A stretch of DNA of 63,654 nt, counting the filler, from Stramenopiles sp. TOSAG23-2 (Eukaryota), in NCBI GenBank assembly GCA_900128395.1. It is 22 parts of 22 records of this genome, joined end to end, with 100 filler letters (N's around TTAATTAATTAA, not from the genome) between each part and the next. Parts side by side here need not be neighbours in the genome. Positions count along the whole stretch, not along the records: positions 34,923 to 37,716 come from LT651522.1; positions 37,817 to 40,608 come from LT651523.1; positions 40,709 to 43,496 come from LT651524.1; positions 43,597 to 46,383 come from LT651525.1; positions 46,484 to 49,269 come from LT651526.1; 17 more parts are not named here. One strand, written 5' to 3'. Positions within the stretch are counted from its first letter, which is position 1, and each line of letters begins with the position of its first letter. The translations under genes were made by a program, and so were the position numbers. This document shows positions 35,150 to 47,558 of this stretch, one piece after another. Under the pieces are notes generated by a model. That model saw nothing but the letters and a program-made list of their open reading frames with translations. It had not been told where the DNA came from and searched no databases.

Positions 35150-37716
35150 TCACTTATTCAGTTGCGCATCTTTACTCTTTGCATCCTCCAATTTTTTCTT
35201 TGGTATTGATCCACCAGTTAGCTCCGCCAATTCTTTCATTAACGCCTTTACTTCAACCTCTGCTGCTTCTTCAGCATCGTCATCGTCATCCATCATTGCT
35301 TGCGATTGTCGAGCTTGTGCATCTTTTATTTTTGCCTTTATTTCATCTATTTTAGCCGTGTCGATAGAGCTTTCTTTTGCTTTTGCTTCTATTGCTTTCT
35401 TTAATGCTTTCCGCTCCTTTTTTAAAGTCTTTACTCTTGTTCTAGCTTCTTCCCGGGCATATTCATCACCAGCATCCCCAGCAGCTTTCATGTCTGTAAT
35501 TGCCTCCATGATAAATTTTTCAATTTCCGTTAGCTGCTCTTCATCACTTAGTGTCTTCTCTACTTTAGCAGGAACAAAGCTTACATCAACCGCTTCGATA
35601 TTCCCACTTTTTAGATCAGATGCAATAGTATTAAAATGGTTTTCATATAATTTATGACCCATTGTTTTAAAAATTTCAACAATCTCTTCAACCATGCTAA
35701 TATCACCTTTGAATCGCCCAATAGTCCCTTTCAAAAATAATACATCGACCGGGATGCAATCTATTTCATTAGCGTATGCCAAAGCACCTTCAAGATCTGA
35801 TAATACATTTTGAAGCGGCCTATCTTTCAACGCCAAAGTGATTTCTGATGTAAAAGCAACACCTGAACATCGGAACTGACCAGGAGAAAAAGTGGCATAT
35901 TTCTCCAGCATCGATCGAACGCTATCTAAACCATTCAAATATAATGCAATATCTTCACCTGCTTTCAATTTTTTCCTATATACAATCAATAATGCAAATA
36001 CTTCGCAAAAATGAATATAGTCTAAATGAGGAAAATTTGGAAAGATAGCAAATCGAAGACGTTGTTTGCTTAACATCTCCTTTTCAATCATTGGTTCTAC
36101 AGTCTTCCAGTCACCATTTAAAACATCAAAATACAACGGCAGTTTTATATTTGCCAGGTGAAAAAGGGAAGAGGGATACTTCTCCTTCGTGTTTGGAAAC
36201 AATTGTTGCATTGTCATCAAATCATCCCATGCGGACTTGACAAGGTCAATATTGCCCAACACTGCTGCCGCCTCGACTCTACCCACTACAGCGAACTGAT
36301 ATGCATTTGCCTTCATATCATCCAACGCTTCACTGTCCACCTTAACTTTTGATATTTCTTGTAAAATATGTACACCTAATTTCACATTGGCTTGTGATAT
36401 CAACATTGCACCTAACATATATAAATTCCAACATTGTTGTACGGCATACTTTAAGTTTCCTTTAATCAACTCAAAACCATCTTGTACTCTTTGCAACCCG
36501 TCTTTAACAGATTCTGGTGCAATTGTCACATACCAAAAAAAAACAAAATACATGGCTTCTGCACGCAGTTGCGGTTTTAAATGTTTGCAGCTAGAAAGAA
36601 TAGTAAGTCGCCTATAGATTCTCCGTGCCTGACCTGGATCAGTTTGTGTGACTCTACCATGGCCAGCCATCCCCCATTGTGCATGATTATGGTACCATAA
36701 TTCAGTATTATTCTGTTTATAAGAAGCCATTAAAGAATAATACCGGTACCAATCAGCGTTCATTGGGATATCTTCATCGCTTAATCCGTAATTGGCTTTA
36801 ATTTTGGGATTTATGGTGTAAGTTCGATAAACACTAATACCGAAGTTAAATGCAATCAAAACTTTGGCTTGATCAGCATAGCTTAACGCACCTTCAGTAG
36901 CTATTTGTGGCATGTCATCAAATTCACCATACTGTCGTAGCATTTTGTCTATACTAGCTTGTGATCGTTTTTGTGGATTGAACGACGCATCATTTAGTAT
37001 TTCACAAGCCTGAAGCGCCAATCTATCTGCAGCATATCTATCTCCAAATGTATATCTAGCATACCCCAAAAGCGATGTCCAGTATGCAACACGGCCTTTT
37101 TCAACACTTTTGCCATATGCAATTGCCTGGCTTAAAGAATTAACACATTCTTTGTAGGCTCCAATATCTAACGCTTTTAAAGCAGCATTTTGTAACATGT
37201 CACATCCACGATTGACTTCCCCACTTCTTAGCCAATGATGCGCTAGTACATCCATTTCATACTTAACAGACGAATTTTCATATTCTAATACAATTGCTTT
37301 GTGAACCTCTCGCCGTTGAGAATCCAACATTAGATTGTAGGCGCATTCAGTTATAATTTGATGAGTAAATTTCATCATTTTGCTCACTGATTCACCAGTT
37401 ACGGCAACTACTAAACCTCGCGCAGCCAATGTCTCCAACGTTACTTGTAACTGCGAAGCATCTTTCGATGAAAGAAATTGCGGAGCAACATTTTGTAAAT
37501 TTTCTTGACGAAATTCAAAACCAAAACAAGAACAAACTTTAATTAAAACCTTCGCTTCTTCATCTAAGCTGTCAATGCGTTCATGAACAGTATCCATAAT
37601 AGAATTTGGAAACTTAATTGAATTAATATCGCCATCAAACTTAATATTTCCTCCATCATCTTTTTGCACTAAATTCCGCTCTTTTAACCAATTTGTCATG
37701 GAGGATAAATACATAG
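35150..37716 (-). CDS. ADCY10-like (soluble adenylyl cyclase) STAND winged-helix/TPR region, 5'-partial
   Basis: FPNSIMDTVHERIDSL, IKVCSCFGFEF, KFTHQIITECAYNLML...RREVHKAI and LAHHW are typical of cyclase-AAA-TPR proteins. The cyclase and P-loop domains are outside the contig. Confidence 0.8.
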
Positions 37717-38604
37717 NNNNNNNNNNNNNNNNNNNNNNNNNNNNNNNNNNNNNNNNNNNNTTAATTAATTAANNNNNNNNNNNNNNNNNNNNNNNNNNNN
37801 NNNNNNNNNNNNNNNNAGCCACCACATTCCAGCATTCCACACAGTGGTGGTAACTTTTATTTAATTTAAATTGATTAAAATTTTCAACAATTTTAAATTT
37901 GTTATGTGAATTTGTTTTTCTTTTCCTTATTTTTTTGTTTTCCTGTTTGTGTCACTTATTATAATCAATTTATTTTGTTTTATTCTATTATAAATATATT
38001 ATGTACTTATCGTTTTTTTTTTCTTTTCGTATGTTTCTTTTTTCATTTGTTTGTCATACGTGCATACCTGGTACTGTGTATATTTCTATAGAATTATATA
38101 GTGCATGTCATCACTTTTTTGATATTTTTAAAATGTTGTTGTTATTGTTGGTTTATAATTCTTTCCTCCCTATATATTCCCTCATGACACCCAATTAATC
38201 AATTTTAATAACATATAAATAGCACTATATTTGACGAGTACGAAAACTTTTACAAAAATTAAATTTAGAATACTAAATTTTATACATAATATATATCAGG
38301 TTGGAAATTGATATATGAAATTCCTTAAATACCTTGAAAACCTTAAACCTTGAAAATATATAGAATCTTTAGTAGAGGTTGGCTTTACCTATTATAAATC
38401 TTCTAAAATCTGTTCGAGAATCATAAGTACACAGTTGAATATCGATCAAAACAACAAAACATATATTTATTAGTATATACAATATACCACGGCATATTAC
38501 ATATATACATGTATATTGGAAATTAGCAAGGCAAGTACAAACGTTAGATACAACTGCACATAGATATTGTTACATTATATACAATCATATACAACAACGA
38601 GAAA

Positions 38605-39714
38605 ATGTCGCGTGCTAGATTAAATACAAGATTTATTGCACCAATGAATACCGCTGCTGGTCCAACATATCCAAATGACCCAAATGATATAAGTGGTTTG
38701 ACAGAGGAGGAAAAACAAAATATTAAAATGTATAGGCGTTCGAAAGATAGTGTAGCATATGTCGTTTCATTGTCTGATAAACGATTTCAAGATCCAGTGT
38801 CATTAGATGTTTCAAATGTACCAGCTGGTTCGGGAACGGGTTTCGTATGGGATAAGGAAGGTCATATTGTCACAAATGCACATGTTGTTAAAGTGGGAAC
38901 TGGTGGATGGAATGTTGTATTGTCTTCAAATAATGCAATTCCATGTGACCTTGTCGGTATGGATGTAGAGGGTGATGTTGCTGTTCTTAAAATGAAAACA
39001 TTGCCAAAAAATTTAAAAGTATTACCAAGATCCAAGGCAGATTTTTTTCATGTCGGGCAAAAAGTATATGCTATAGGAAATCCATTTGGTATTGGTGAAA
39101 CATTGACATCTGGTATCATTTCTGGATTAGGACGAACATTACCAGTTGATCCTAAAAATAATATTGTACTTCGAGGTTTAATACAAACAGATGCAGCTAT
39201 TAATCCAGGAAATAGTGGTGGTCCATTGTTAGATAGCAAAGGCGAAGTTATTGGTGTAAATACAGCAATTTTATCACCATCTGGTAGTAGTGCTGGAATA
39301 GGATTGGCATTGTCCATATCAGATGTTACTGATTTAGTAGATGATATTATTAAATTTGGTTCTGTTCAAAGACCACAATTAGGAGTAAGCATGGCGCCTG
39401 ATCAAACCTATTATGAATTAAGACGACAAGCACAAGGACAAAATTTACCAGCTGGTATATTGGTATTTTCTGTTCAAGGCGCTGCAGAAAATGCAGGTAT
39501 TAGACCAACCATGCGTGATCGTAATAATCGTATTATTTTAGGTGATATCATTACAGGATTCAATGGTAAGAAAATTGAGTATCAACGTGATTTAATTCGT
39601 GAATTAAGAAATACAACTGTTGGTGATGAAGCAACGATTGAAGTGTATCGGGAAGGGCAAACAATTGAATTAACAACTGTTTTATTAAGTAGGGAAGGTA
39701 TAATATTGGAATGA
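38605..39714 (+). CDS. Deg/HtrA serine protease with one PDZ domain (Deg1/Deg8-like)
   Basis: Catalytic-triad motifs TNAHVV, GDVAVL and IQTDAAINPGNSGGPL, plus GSGTGFVWD and PDZ LGDIITGFNG. Confidence 0.93.
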   Translation: MSRARLNTRFIAPMNTAAGPTYPNDPNDISGLTEEEKQNIKMYRRSKDSVAYVVSLSDKRFQDPVSLDVSNVPAGSGTGFVWDKEGHIVTNAHVVKVGTGGWNVVLSSNNAIPCDLVGMDVEGDVAVLKMKTLPKNLKVLPRSKADFFHVGQKVYAIGNPFGIGETLTSGIISGLGRTLPVDPKNNIVLRGLIQTDAAINPGNSGGPLLDSKGEVIGVNTAILSPSGSSAGIGLALSISDVTDLVDDIIKFGSVQRPQLGVSMAPDQTYYELRRQAQGQNLPAGILVFSVQGAAENAGIRPTMRDRNNRIILGDIITGFNGKKIEYQRDLIRELRNTTVGDEATIEVYREGQTIELTTVLLSREGIILE

Positions 39715-40156
39715 GAACCAGAGATCTGTGTAAAAAATATTTTGAAAAAGGGGTATTATATAATATGATCTCTATTTTTAATATTGATAATGCAAGGAAA
39801 CATACGATTTTCATATTTTTTTGTGTGGCTAGATAATACGAAGTCGTAGTGTCATAATCTGTGTGGTGTGTGTTTTGAAAAAACTAAAAGTCAAAAACAT
39901 TTTCATATACTCGTAAATTATTTTTTGAGTATTAAGCCATATATTACTTAGCACGGGAAGTAAAATTATTTATAAAACATAGATTTTAACCATCAGTATA
40001 TGAGTATTTTTTTCGCCTGGTACGGCTTGCGTAATTTTTTTTATAAAAAATATTATCTCGTATATATTTTTGATGTCACATGTACAATCATTAAAATTTT
40101 TTAAAAACACACGCACATATATTTCTCTCCTCTCTCTCTCTCTCTCTCTCTTTCTT

Positions 40157-40608
40157 TCATGTTGCCATTTGTATAATATTATTAATAAGCAAGTAAATTA
40201 CAAATAGACCAAACATGAAGTATAACATACGACGAAAAGATCTTATATCAATAATTAAACAAGCACATTTCTTATTACCTAACATTTTCTCTTGCATTTG
40301 TATCATGACATTTGCTGCTGTATCTGCTTTTTCAATTAATACAATATGTTCATCATGAAGATGATCTCGATCCTCAAATACTGTGCCAATATTTTTTCCA
40401 AATTCTTCGGATTTTATACATTGGTCTTGTACACGTTGCCGTGATTCTTCTAATTCTTTTTTGGATTTATCTTTACAGGTCCTAAATTTCTTTTGCATAT
40501 CAAGCAATTGATTTGTATTTTCAGCAACTTGATCTCGTCTAGTTTTTAATAGATCTAAAATTTGTTCTTCCATCGTAGCAGCGACTTCATACTCCCCATA
40601 TGCTTTTA
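40157..40608 (-). CDS. Tail-anchored coiled-coil protein (SNARE-like), probably 5'-partial
   Basis: Coiled coil followed by a C-terminal TM helix (MLYFMFGLFVIYLLI). The frame is open to the contig edge. Confidence 0.65.
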
Positions 40609-40932
40609 NNNNNNNNNNNNNNNNNNNNNNNNNNNNNNNNNNNNNNNNNNNNTTAATTAATTAANNNNNNNNNNNNNNNNNNNNNNNNNNNNNNNNNNNN
40701 NNNNNNNNCGTCTTAGTACTGTTGGGGGAAAATATATTATACAGTAAGTGTATGTGAGATGGTATGAATATTAAATAACCCGTCTATAATTCTATAAGGG
40801 ATCTAATCTATATTTTCCAGTCTATGTTGATGTACGAGCGTATATTGTTTGTGTAGTACAACTGTGTCCGGATATAATAGAGAGATAAAATACATGTAGT
40901 TGTTAGCTAATAACGTTTTTTGAAAACCTATA

Positions 40933-41239
40933 TACCAGGTATTAGTATTATACCAGGTAGCGATTTTACAGTATTATTTGGGTATATTGTACCAGGTAGC
41001 TACCAGGTATTTATGTAGTAGCTCTAACGTTCATACGGATGGCAGATTGACTTTAAGGTATACTGGAATACTGGAATACTCGTACCGTCGTCTAGGTCCT
41101 ATACCTGTTAGTCTACCTTTACAGTATGTGCTGCTGTGTGATCGTGAAGTCGAATTCAATAGAATTCAACAACAAAATGGGATCCCATCACCGCGTATCA
41201 CCGTCGTAGACAATAATATACTTGGCATAATACCAGGTA
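40933..41239. promoter_or_regulatory. Cluster of five TACCAGGTA palindromes upstream of TMEM14
   Basis: Copies at 40933, 40951, 40990, 41001 and 41231. A regulatory role is inferred only. Confidence 0.4.
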
Positions 41240-41378
41240 TATATAATAATATGTGGTCGAACACACAAAAGAACAAATAACAAAAATATTATTTATTTAT
41301 CATAAAAGATACATACTGTATAGTTAACATTAGCACAGATATAGGTTAAGAGATCACTTATATAAAAAGATAAATAGA

Positions 41379-41711
41379 ATGGATAAACCTACAGGCTCAT
41401 CGCATTTAAATTTTTCACTCGCTGCATTATTTGCAGGTGGGGGAATTGGTGGATACGTAAAAGCAAAATCAATGCCTTCATTAATAGGTGGCTTCGCATG
41501 CTCATCATTATATATCGCGTCAGGGTACATGATAAATAAAGGAGAACCGGAGATGGGGTATGCAGTAGGACTGGCAACATCTTCATTTGTTGCTGCCGGT
41601 TTTGGTGCAAGAGCTATGAAAGCGACAAAACCAGTGCCAATATCCTTGGCAGTGCTTGGATTAGCTGGCGCTGCATACAATTTTAAAAAGTATCAAGAAT
41701 GGAGCGAGTGA
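41379..41711 (+). CDS. TMEM14: TMEM14-family small membrane protein
   Basis: 110 aa, hydrophobic, with the signature GGIGGYVKAKSMPSLIGG. Confidence 0.88.
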   Translation: MDKPTGSSHLNFSLAALFAGGGIGGYVKAKSMPSLIGGFACSSLYIASGYMINKGEPEMGYAVGLATSSFVAAGFGARAMKATKPVPISLAVLGLAGAAYNFKKYQEWSE

Positions 41712-41858
41712 AAGTGTAATATTTGTATGATAATATTTATATTAATATCATATCTTGTTGTGTGTAACAATTAATCCTTTGTTGAAACATTTCTCGTTTT
41801 TATCTACTCTCAATACATCTTCAGAACTCACGCATATTAATGTGTGCTTATCAGCTTT

Positions 41859-43055
41859 TTACATACTAGCACTCGCCTCGTATACCGCATCTATAAAATT
41901 ACCAGCCATATCGGGCGTCATATATGGTTGCATACCCCATCCTAAATTTGCAATGTAACGTTGCTTACCAAATCCAGCACACATTTTTTTCACATTTGCT
42001 TTCATAATTTTTTCTGGAGCATACATACATCCTGGATCGAAATTACCTTGTAATGTAACACGATTGCCAGTCAACTCACGTGCTTTGCTTGGATCAATAA
42101 CCCAATCAATGCTTATTACATCAAAATCTGCTTTGGACAAGGCTTCCAGCGAATGGTTCTGTCCCTTTGCAAAAATAGTCATTGGGACAGATAAATTCAG
42201 TTTCTTCAATGCCTTCTTTGTTTCTGTTGCTATATATTTTAAATATGGCAATGAAAATTCATTGTACATTTCCGTTGATAATTCACCACCCCAACTTTCA
42301 AACAATTGCAATAATTGCGCACCAGCTTTTACTTGACCAACTAGGTATTTCACTGCAATCTCTGCAATAGCTTGCAATAGAGTTTTACATTTTTCCGGGT
42401 AGGAATATAACCATTTTTTTGCATTATGTAACGTACGGCTACTGCCACCTTCAATCATATATGAAAGCAAGGTCCATGGTGCACCTGTGAAACCAATTAG
42501 AGGAACACGGCCATCGGCTGCTACGCGAGTAACATTTAGTGCATCAAAAACATATCCCAACGTCTCGTTTACATCAGGGGCTAGATTCAATTTTTGTATA
42601 TCCTCTGGCTTTTTCAAGGGATCGTCAAATACTGGGCCTTTCCCTTTTACAATATCGCAATTCATACCCATCGCTTGTGGTATGACTAATATATCAGAAA
42701 ATATTATCAAAGCATCGAGTTTCGGATATCTTTCTAAAGGTTGTAAAGTTATTTTACATGCCAGTTTTGGAGTACGGCATATGGTAAAAAAATCTGCCGT
42801 TGCTCGTACTACATGGTATTCAGGCAAATATCTTCCAGCTTGTCGCATCATCCAAACCGGTATGCGCTCTACAACTTCCCCTCTTGCGGCACGTAATAAT
42901 AAATCATTCTTCATGGGTGGCATATCTTTCAACGCAGTACGTACAAATGATTTCGGTTTATTCTTTTCCTTCATTCCTTGACTACGTTTTGACATGTAAT
43001 ATGCAGCTATCCCAGACGCTATCACAAATACACTTCCCTTTGCTAATAGATCCAT
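41859..43055 (-). CDS. UROD: Uroporphyrinogen decarboxylase with N-terminal hydrophobic extension
   Basis: PVWMMRQAGRYLPEY, IIFSDILVIP, PLIGFTGAPWTL, QLFESW and LQGNFDP. Confidence 0.96.
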   Translation of the reverse strand: MDLLAKGSVFVIASGIAAYYMSKRSQGMKEKNKPKSFVRTALKDMPPMKNDLLLRAARGEVVERIPVWMMRQAGRYLPEYHVVRATADFFTICRTPKLACKITLQPLERYPKLDALIIFSDILVIPQAMGMNCDIVKGKGPVFDDPLKKPEDIQKLNLAPDVNETLGYVFDALNVTRVAADGRVPLIGFTGAPWTLLSYMIEGGSSRTLHNAKKWLYSYPEKCKTLLQAIAEIAVKYLVGQVKAGAQLLQLFESWGGELSTEMYNEFSLPYLKYIATETKKALKKLNLSVPMTIFAKGQNHSLEALSKADFDVISIDWVIDPSKARELTGNRVTLQGNFDPGCMYAPEKIMKANVKKMCAGFGKQRYIANLGWGMQPYMTPDMAGNFIDAVYEASASM

Positions 43056-43596
43056 GATGATAATAAAGCTATGATATATGTGTATGTATATATGTAAGCA
43101 GATATATATACATATATTAATACTAATGATATAATATTCTATGTATGACTTGTCATTTTATATATCTACCTGTACATCAGAATATATTTCTGTTTTTGTT
43201 TGATTAGAGATTTATTCATTGCAACCATTCGCGTGTTTTTGTTACAGTTGTGGACATTAAAATAAGAAGAAGAAAAACCAAGGGCCAGCAGCACTACCAC
43301 CTGTGGTGATACTAAAGTATGCATGCATAATAATTCTCTGCACTGGTAAACCATAAAACTCGCAAATAATAGCACAATACTTGGTAGTGCTGGAGTACGT
43401 CCAAGAGTACAATGTACATTATACGGTAAAATAAATTGTAAAAAAAATACGCAAAAGCGCATTTTTAAGTGAAAATTCACTTTGGGTCTAGCGTTTNNNN
43501 NNNNNNNNNNNNNNNNNNNNNNNNNNNNNNNNNNNNNNNNTTAATTAATTAANNNNNNNNNNNNNNNNNNNNNNNNNNNNNNNNNNNNNNNNNNNN

Positions 43597-45901
43597 CTCA
43601 ATCGTTAGCATACAATGCATGGTTATCGTATTACAAAGAACGAATACGTAATAAAATGATATTGAAACGTGCCGCAGCGAAAATGAGAATGAAAGCAGTT
43701 ACTGTATGTTGGACAGCATGGTGGTCATGTGTAGAAGAAACGAGAAGAACACGAGATGCATATGCTCGAGCTGCTAAAAAATGGAAGTACGCAGCAGCAA
43801 GTGGTGCATTTAATACATGGCATCAAATGTTACTTGAAAATAAACGCAATCGAAATTTATTAAAAAAGCTGGTGCTAAAATGAAAATGCGAGTAGCAACT
43901 TCAGCATTTAATACGTGGGTCGAAATGGTACAGGAAAAGTTACGAATTCGTGGACTATTAAATCGTGCGGCAAAGAAAATGAAAATGAGGAAAGCATCAA
44001 TGGTGTTCAATACATGGTGCGAAATGGTAGAGGAGAGACATAGAGAGAAAAATTCCATGAGAAGGGCTGCTGGTAAATTTAAAAATCGTGCATTATCTGG
44101 TGCCTTCCAAACATGGACGGATAATGTCGAGGAAGCAAAGAGACACCGTGCAATTTTAAAACGTTCAGCACAAAAAATACGTATGCGGACTGTCACATCA
44201 GCATATGAAACGTGGGTTAACATGGTACGAGAAAATAAACGGAACAACACGATTTTAAGGCGTGCTGGAATGAAAATGAAGATGAGAGTAGTATCTAAAA
44301 TTTTTGTATCTTGGAAAACATTGATGCGTGCAAATCGTCGTGAACGTCTAATATTAAAGCGTGCTGCAGCTAAAATTAAATTGAAGACTGTTTCAGCCTG
44401 TTTTCAAACATGGGTTGAACTAATTGAAGAACGTGATAGACATAATTTAATATTAGAGAGATGTTTTCAAAAAATGGAATTGCAAACTATCGTGAAAGCA
44501 TTTCGTGCTTGGGATATTAATGTTCAAACGAAATTGCTAAATCGTGCGTGCTTGACACGTCTTGTTTCTAAAATTAAAAGTAAAATTTTCGCAAGAACAT
44601 GGAAGCGTTGGGAAAAATTTGTTCAAAACGATAGGTTAATGAATGATGCAGATCATCAAGAATGGATGGATGAAGAGAAACAAAAGGCTATGCGTAAAAT
44701 ATCATTAAGATTGCAACATTCAAGAATCATTTTTGGTTGGGGCACGTGGCATGCATATTACAAACAACAACAAAAATATGATAACATCATACGCAAATGT
44801 TCTGGTAGATTGAGAAATAGACATTTAAGCATGGCATATTATGCATGGAAAGAATATCGTGCTACACGCAGAAGACACAAAAGAAACATCATTATTATGT
44901 TGGCAAATCGTGAGAAACGATGGAAACGTAATATTTTATTAAAGTGGCGTGTTTATTGTGGCAGGCAAGCAAGGAACAAACGGGTCATTGCAAAGCAGGC
45001 TGCAAAAAGATTATTTGGTGATTTAAGAGGTTGTTTTCGTGGATGGCATGAAGAGATTAAACGAAATTTAGCCACCGTAAGAGAACGTAAAAGACAATTA
45101 CGTCGTATATGGGGATTGAAACGAAAACGTTATCAATTTTTAGCATTACATATTTGGCGTCTTGGGGTGCAATCACATTGTAGAGAATGTGGAAATAAAT
45201 TACGTGGCAAATTTGTACCAAAAGCAGTTTCATTAGCGCAACTGCAAAATAATAAGAAAGTGGATGACATCGATTGGTCTCACCGTGAGAAAATGTGGAA
45301 TAATAAATTACCACCTGGCCATCGTACAGGTGGAAATTTATTCAGCGATCCAGACAAATTACCAGCAGTACGCCCACCATTAAAACGTATGAAACCATAT
45401 GTACCAAAAGGGGGAACTTCATCCATTCGAATGTTAAAACAAATCATTGATAGAGCAAGCGAAGTGAAAGAAATGACGGTCAAAGCGCGTATGGAATTGG
45501 AAGCATCGAACATCGTAATGAATACATTTATAAATACATTTGGTGTAAATCCAGATGATGTCTCTGATTCTGGAGCTGAAAGTGTACCAGAAAGTGAAAA
45601 AGGCGATAGAGATGATGACTTTTTAGATATTAACGAAACTGGTAAATTAGGTTCAGATAAATTACTAAATGATTCAGCCATTTTGGAAAGTTATGAGAAA
45701 CAAACATTATTACGTTATGAAACATCAAAGAAAGATGCTATGAAAGTAGATGTAAGACATGGACGTGAACATAAACAATATGTTTCCCAACAGGCGGAAG
45801 AGAAAAAAAAAGTAATCTTGCAAAAAAAACAATTACAAGCAAAACAAAAAAACGATGTAAAAAAACATGCTCGTTTCTTACCAGAAGTTAAGGAGTTTTA
45901 A
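43597..45901 (+). CDS. Sfi1-like centrin-binding repeat protein, 5'-partial, with a frameshift at A6 43862-43867
   Basis: 33-aa repeats with a conserved F..W (e.g. KMKMRVATSAFNTWVEMV). One extra A gives LKKAGAKMKMR, which matches the repeat consensus. Confidence 0.8.
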
Positions 45902-46383
45902 AATCCACTTTGCTCTGACTCGTTTTAAAATAACACCATATTTAGCTGCCATTGAAGTCTTTTCCTCCCATGTGCTAAATGCTGCACCAACTTCTTTATT
46001 TAATATTTTGCCAAATACGCGATTAATTAAATTTCTTTGATACTTTCGTTCATCTACAAACGATTGCCACATGATTAATGTACCAGCAACCAATTTGTTT
46101 TTCGCACGTCCCAATGCTCTTTGCACTAAATTGCGTTGTCTAACAATTTCACTAACATTACCACTCCACAATACAAATACACTTGATAATAATTTATTTG
46201 ACCATCGTTTGACTGCTCTATATCGTTTTCTTTCCATTTCTCTTTTTTCATCTAAGACTGCTTGTACAACTGAATACCATTGTTCAAAACATGTAGCAGC
46301 CATTTTATTTTTCCATTTTGAAGCGGCGCGATTTACTAATAATCTATGCCTTTTCGCTTCTTGCACTAGTTCGTTCCAAGTAT
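45878..46383 (-). CDS. Inverted fragment of Sfi1-like repeats (probable chimera)
   Basis: Same repeat type (KWKNKMAATCFEQW, AFSTW). It ends mid-repeat and overlaps the + strand gene's stop. Confidence 0.65.
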
Positions 46384-46483
46384 NNNNNNNNNNNNNNNNN
46401 NNNNNNNNNNNNNNNNNNNNNNNNNNNTTAATTAATTAANNNNNNNNNNNNNNNNNNNNNNNNNNNNNNNNNNNNNNNNNNNN

Positions 46484-47558
46484 CTTCTTCTTCCTTTAAA
46501 AAATTTAATTTCCATTCTTCTGTAATTCCTTTATTTGATGCTACATTTAAAATACTTAATGTATCATTAATATACATGGAATTTAATAAAACATTTATAC
46601 CATGATCACTAATTCTATTACCGCCTAAATCCAACTCCAACAACGTGGAATTTACTAATAACATTTCACTAAATGCATTACATGCAATATCATTTATTGA
46701 ATTATCATTTAATTTCAATATTTGCAAACTTCGATTTTCTTTTAATGCATCTGCTAATGCAATTGCACCACGTTGACGTATTTCATTTCGACTGAAATCT
46801 AAACTTATTAATGAAACATTTATACGCAAAGCATTGGACATTGCGACGGTCATAGAATCATTAATATGTTTCCATTTTAAATCTAATTTATTAATTGTTT
46901 CTAAAAAATTGCAAAAACGTTCTAATATATATGCAGCGGCATCTAATGTCATAATAGACATTCCCATTTCGGAATGATGATACCATAATGCATATTTATT
47001 AAATTTATTATTTTCATTATAATATGCATCACCAACCATGTGTAAATAATTTTTCACTTTGACGGATTTTAAATAAGATGGGCCTAAATTGGTTCTACCA
47101 CTTACATCTTCGCTCATTTGAAAATCAAGATGACATTTACGAAAACCACCAGTACCAGTTAAAAATTTATTTATTTCATTTACAATAAAATGTGGCAACA
47201 GTTTCAAATGTAGTTGAAATTCATCAGTTGGAGATGGATGAAACTTAACAATTTTTATTTCCATATATGTATTACTTATAATTTTTTTCCAATCCGATGC
47301 TATAGTCAATTTATGATCATTTAAATTATTGGACAAAGATATGTTTTTGATATTATTGTTTGAATTATTATTATTTTCTTTCATAATTACTACGTTTTGA
47401 ATTGTATTATTATTGTTGTTATTATTTGTTTTCATTACTACTACGTTTTCAATTTTAGTATTATTATCTACAGAAGCCACTACCTTTTGATTTTGATTAT
47501 ATTTATTATTAATATGTTCAACATCCAATTCTTGCATATCAGTTACTAATGATGCCAT
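46484..47558 (-). CDS. RI-type LRR protein, 3'-partial (left arm copy)
   Basis: LRRs such as NRSLQILKLNDNSI and NSTLLELDLGGNRI, with an Asn-rich N-terminus. Confidence 0.85.

Noticed and set aside
43862..43883. Euplotes-like AAA-TGA programmed frameshift
   Set aside because: The repeat consensus (KKAGAKMKMR) places the shift at the upstream A6 run, so a one-base homopolymer deletion explains it.
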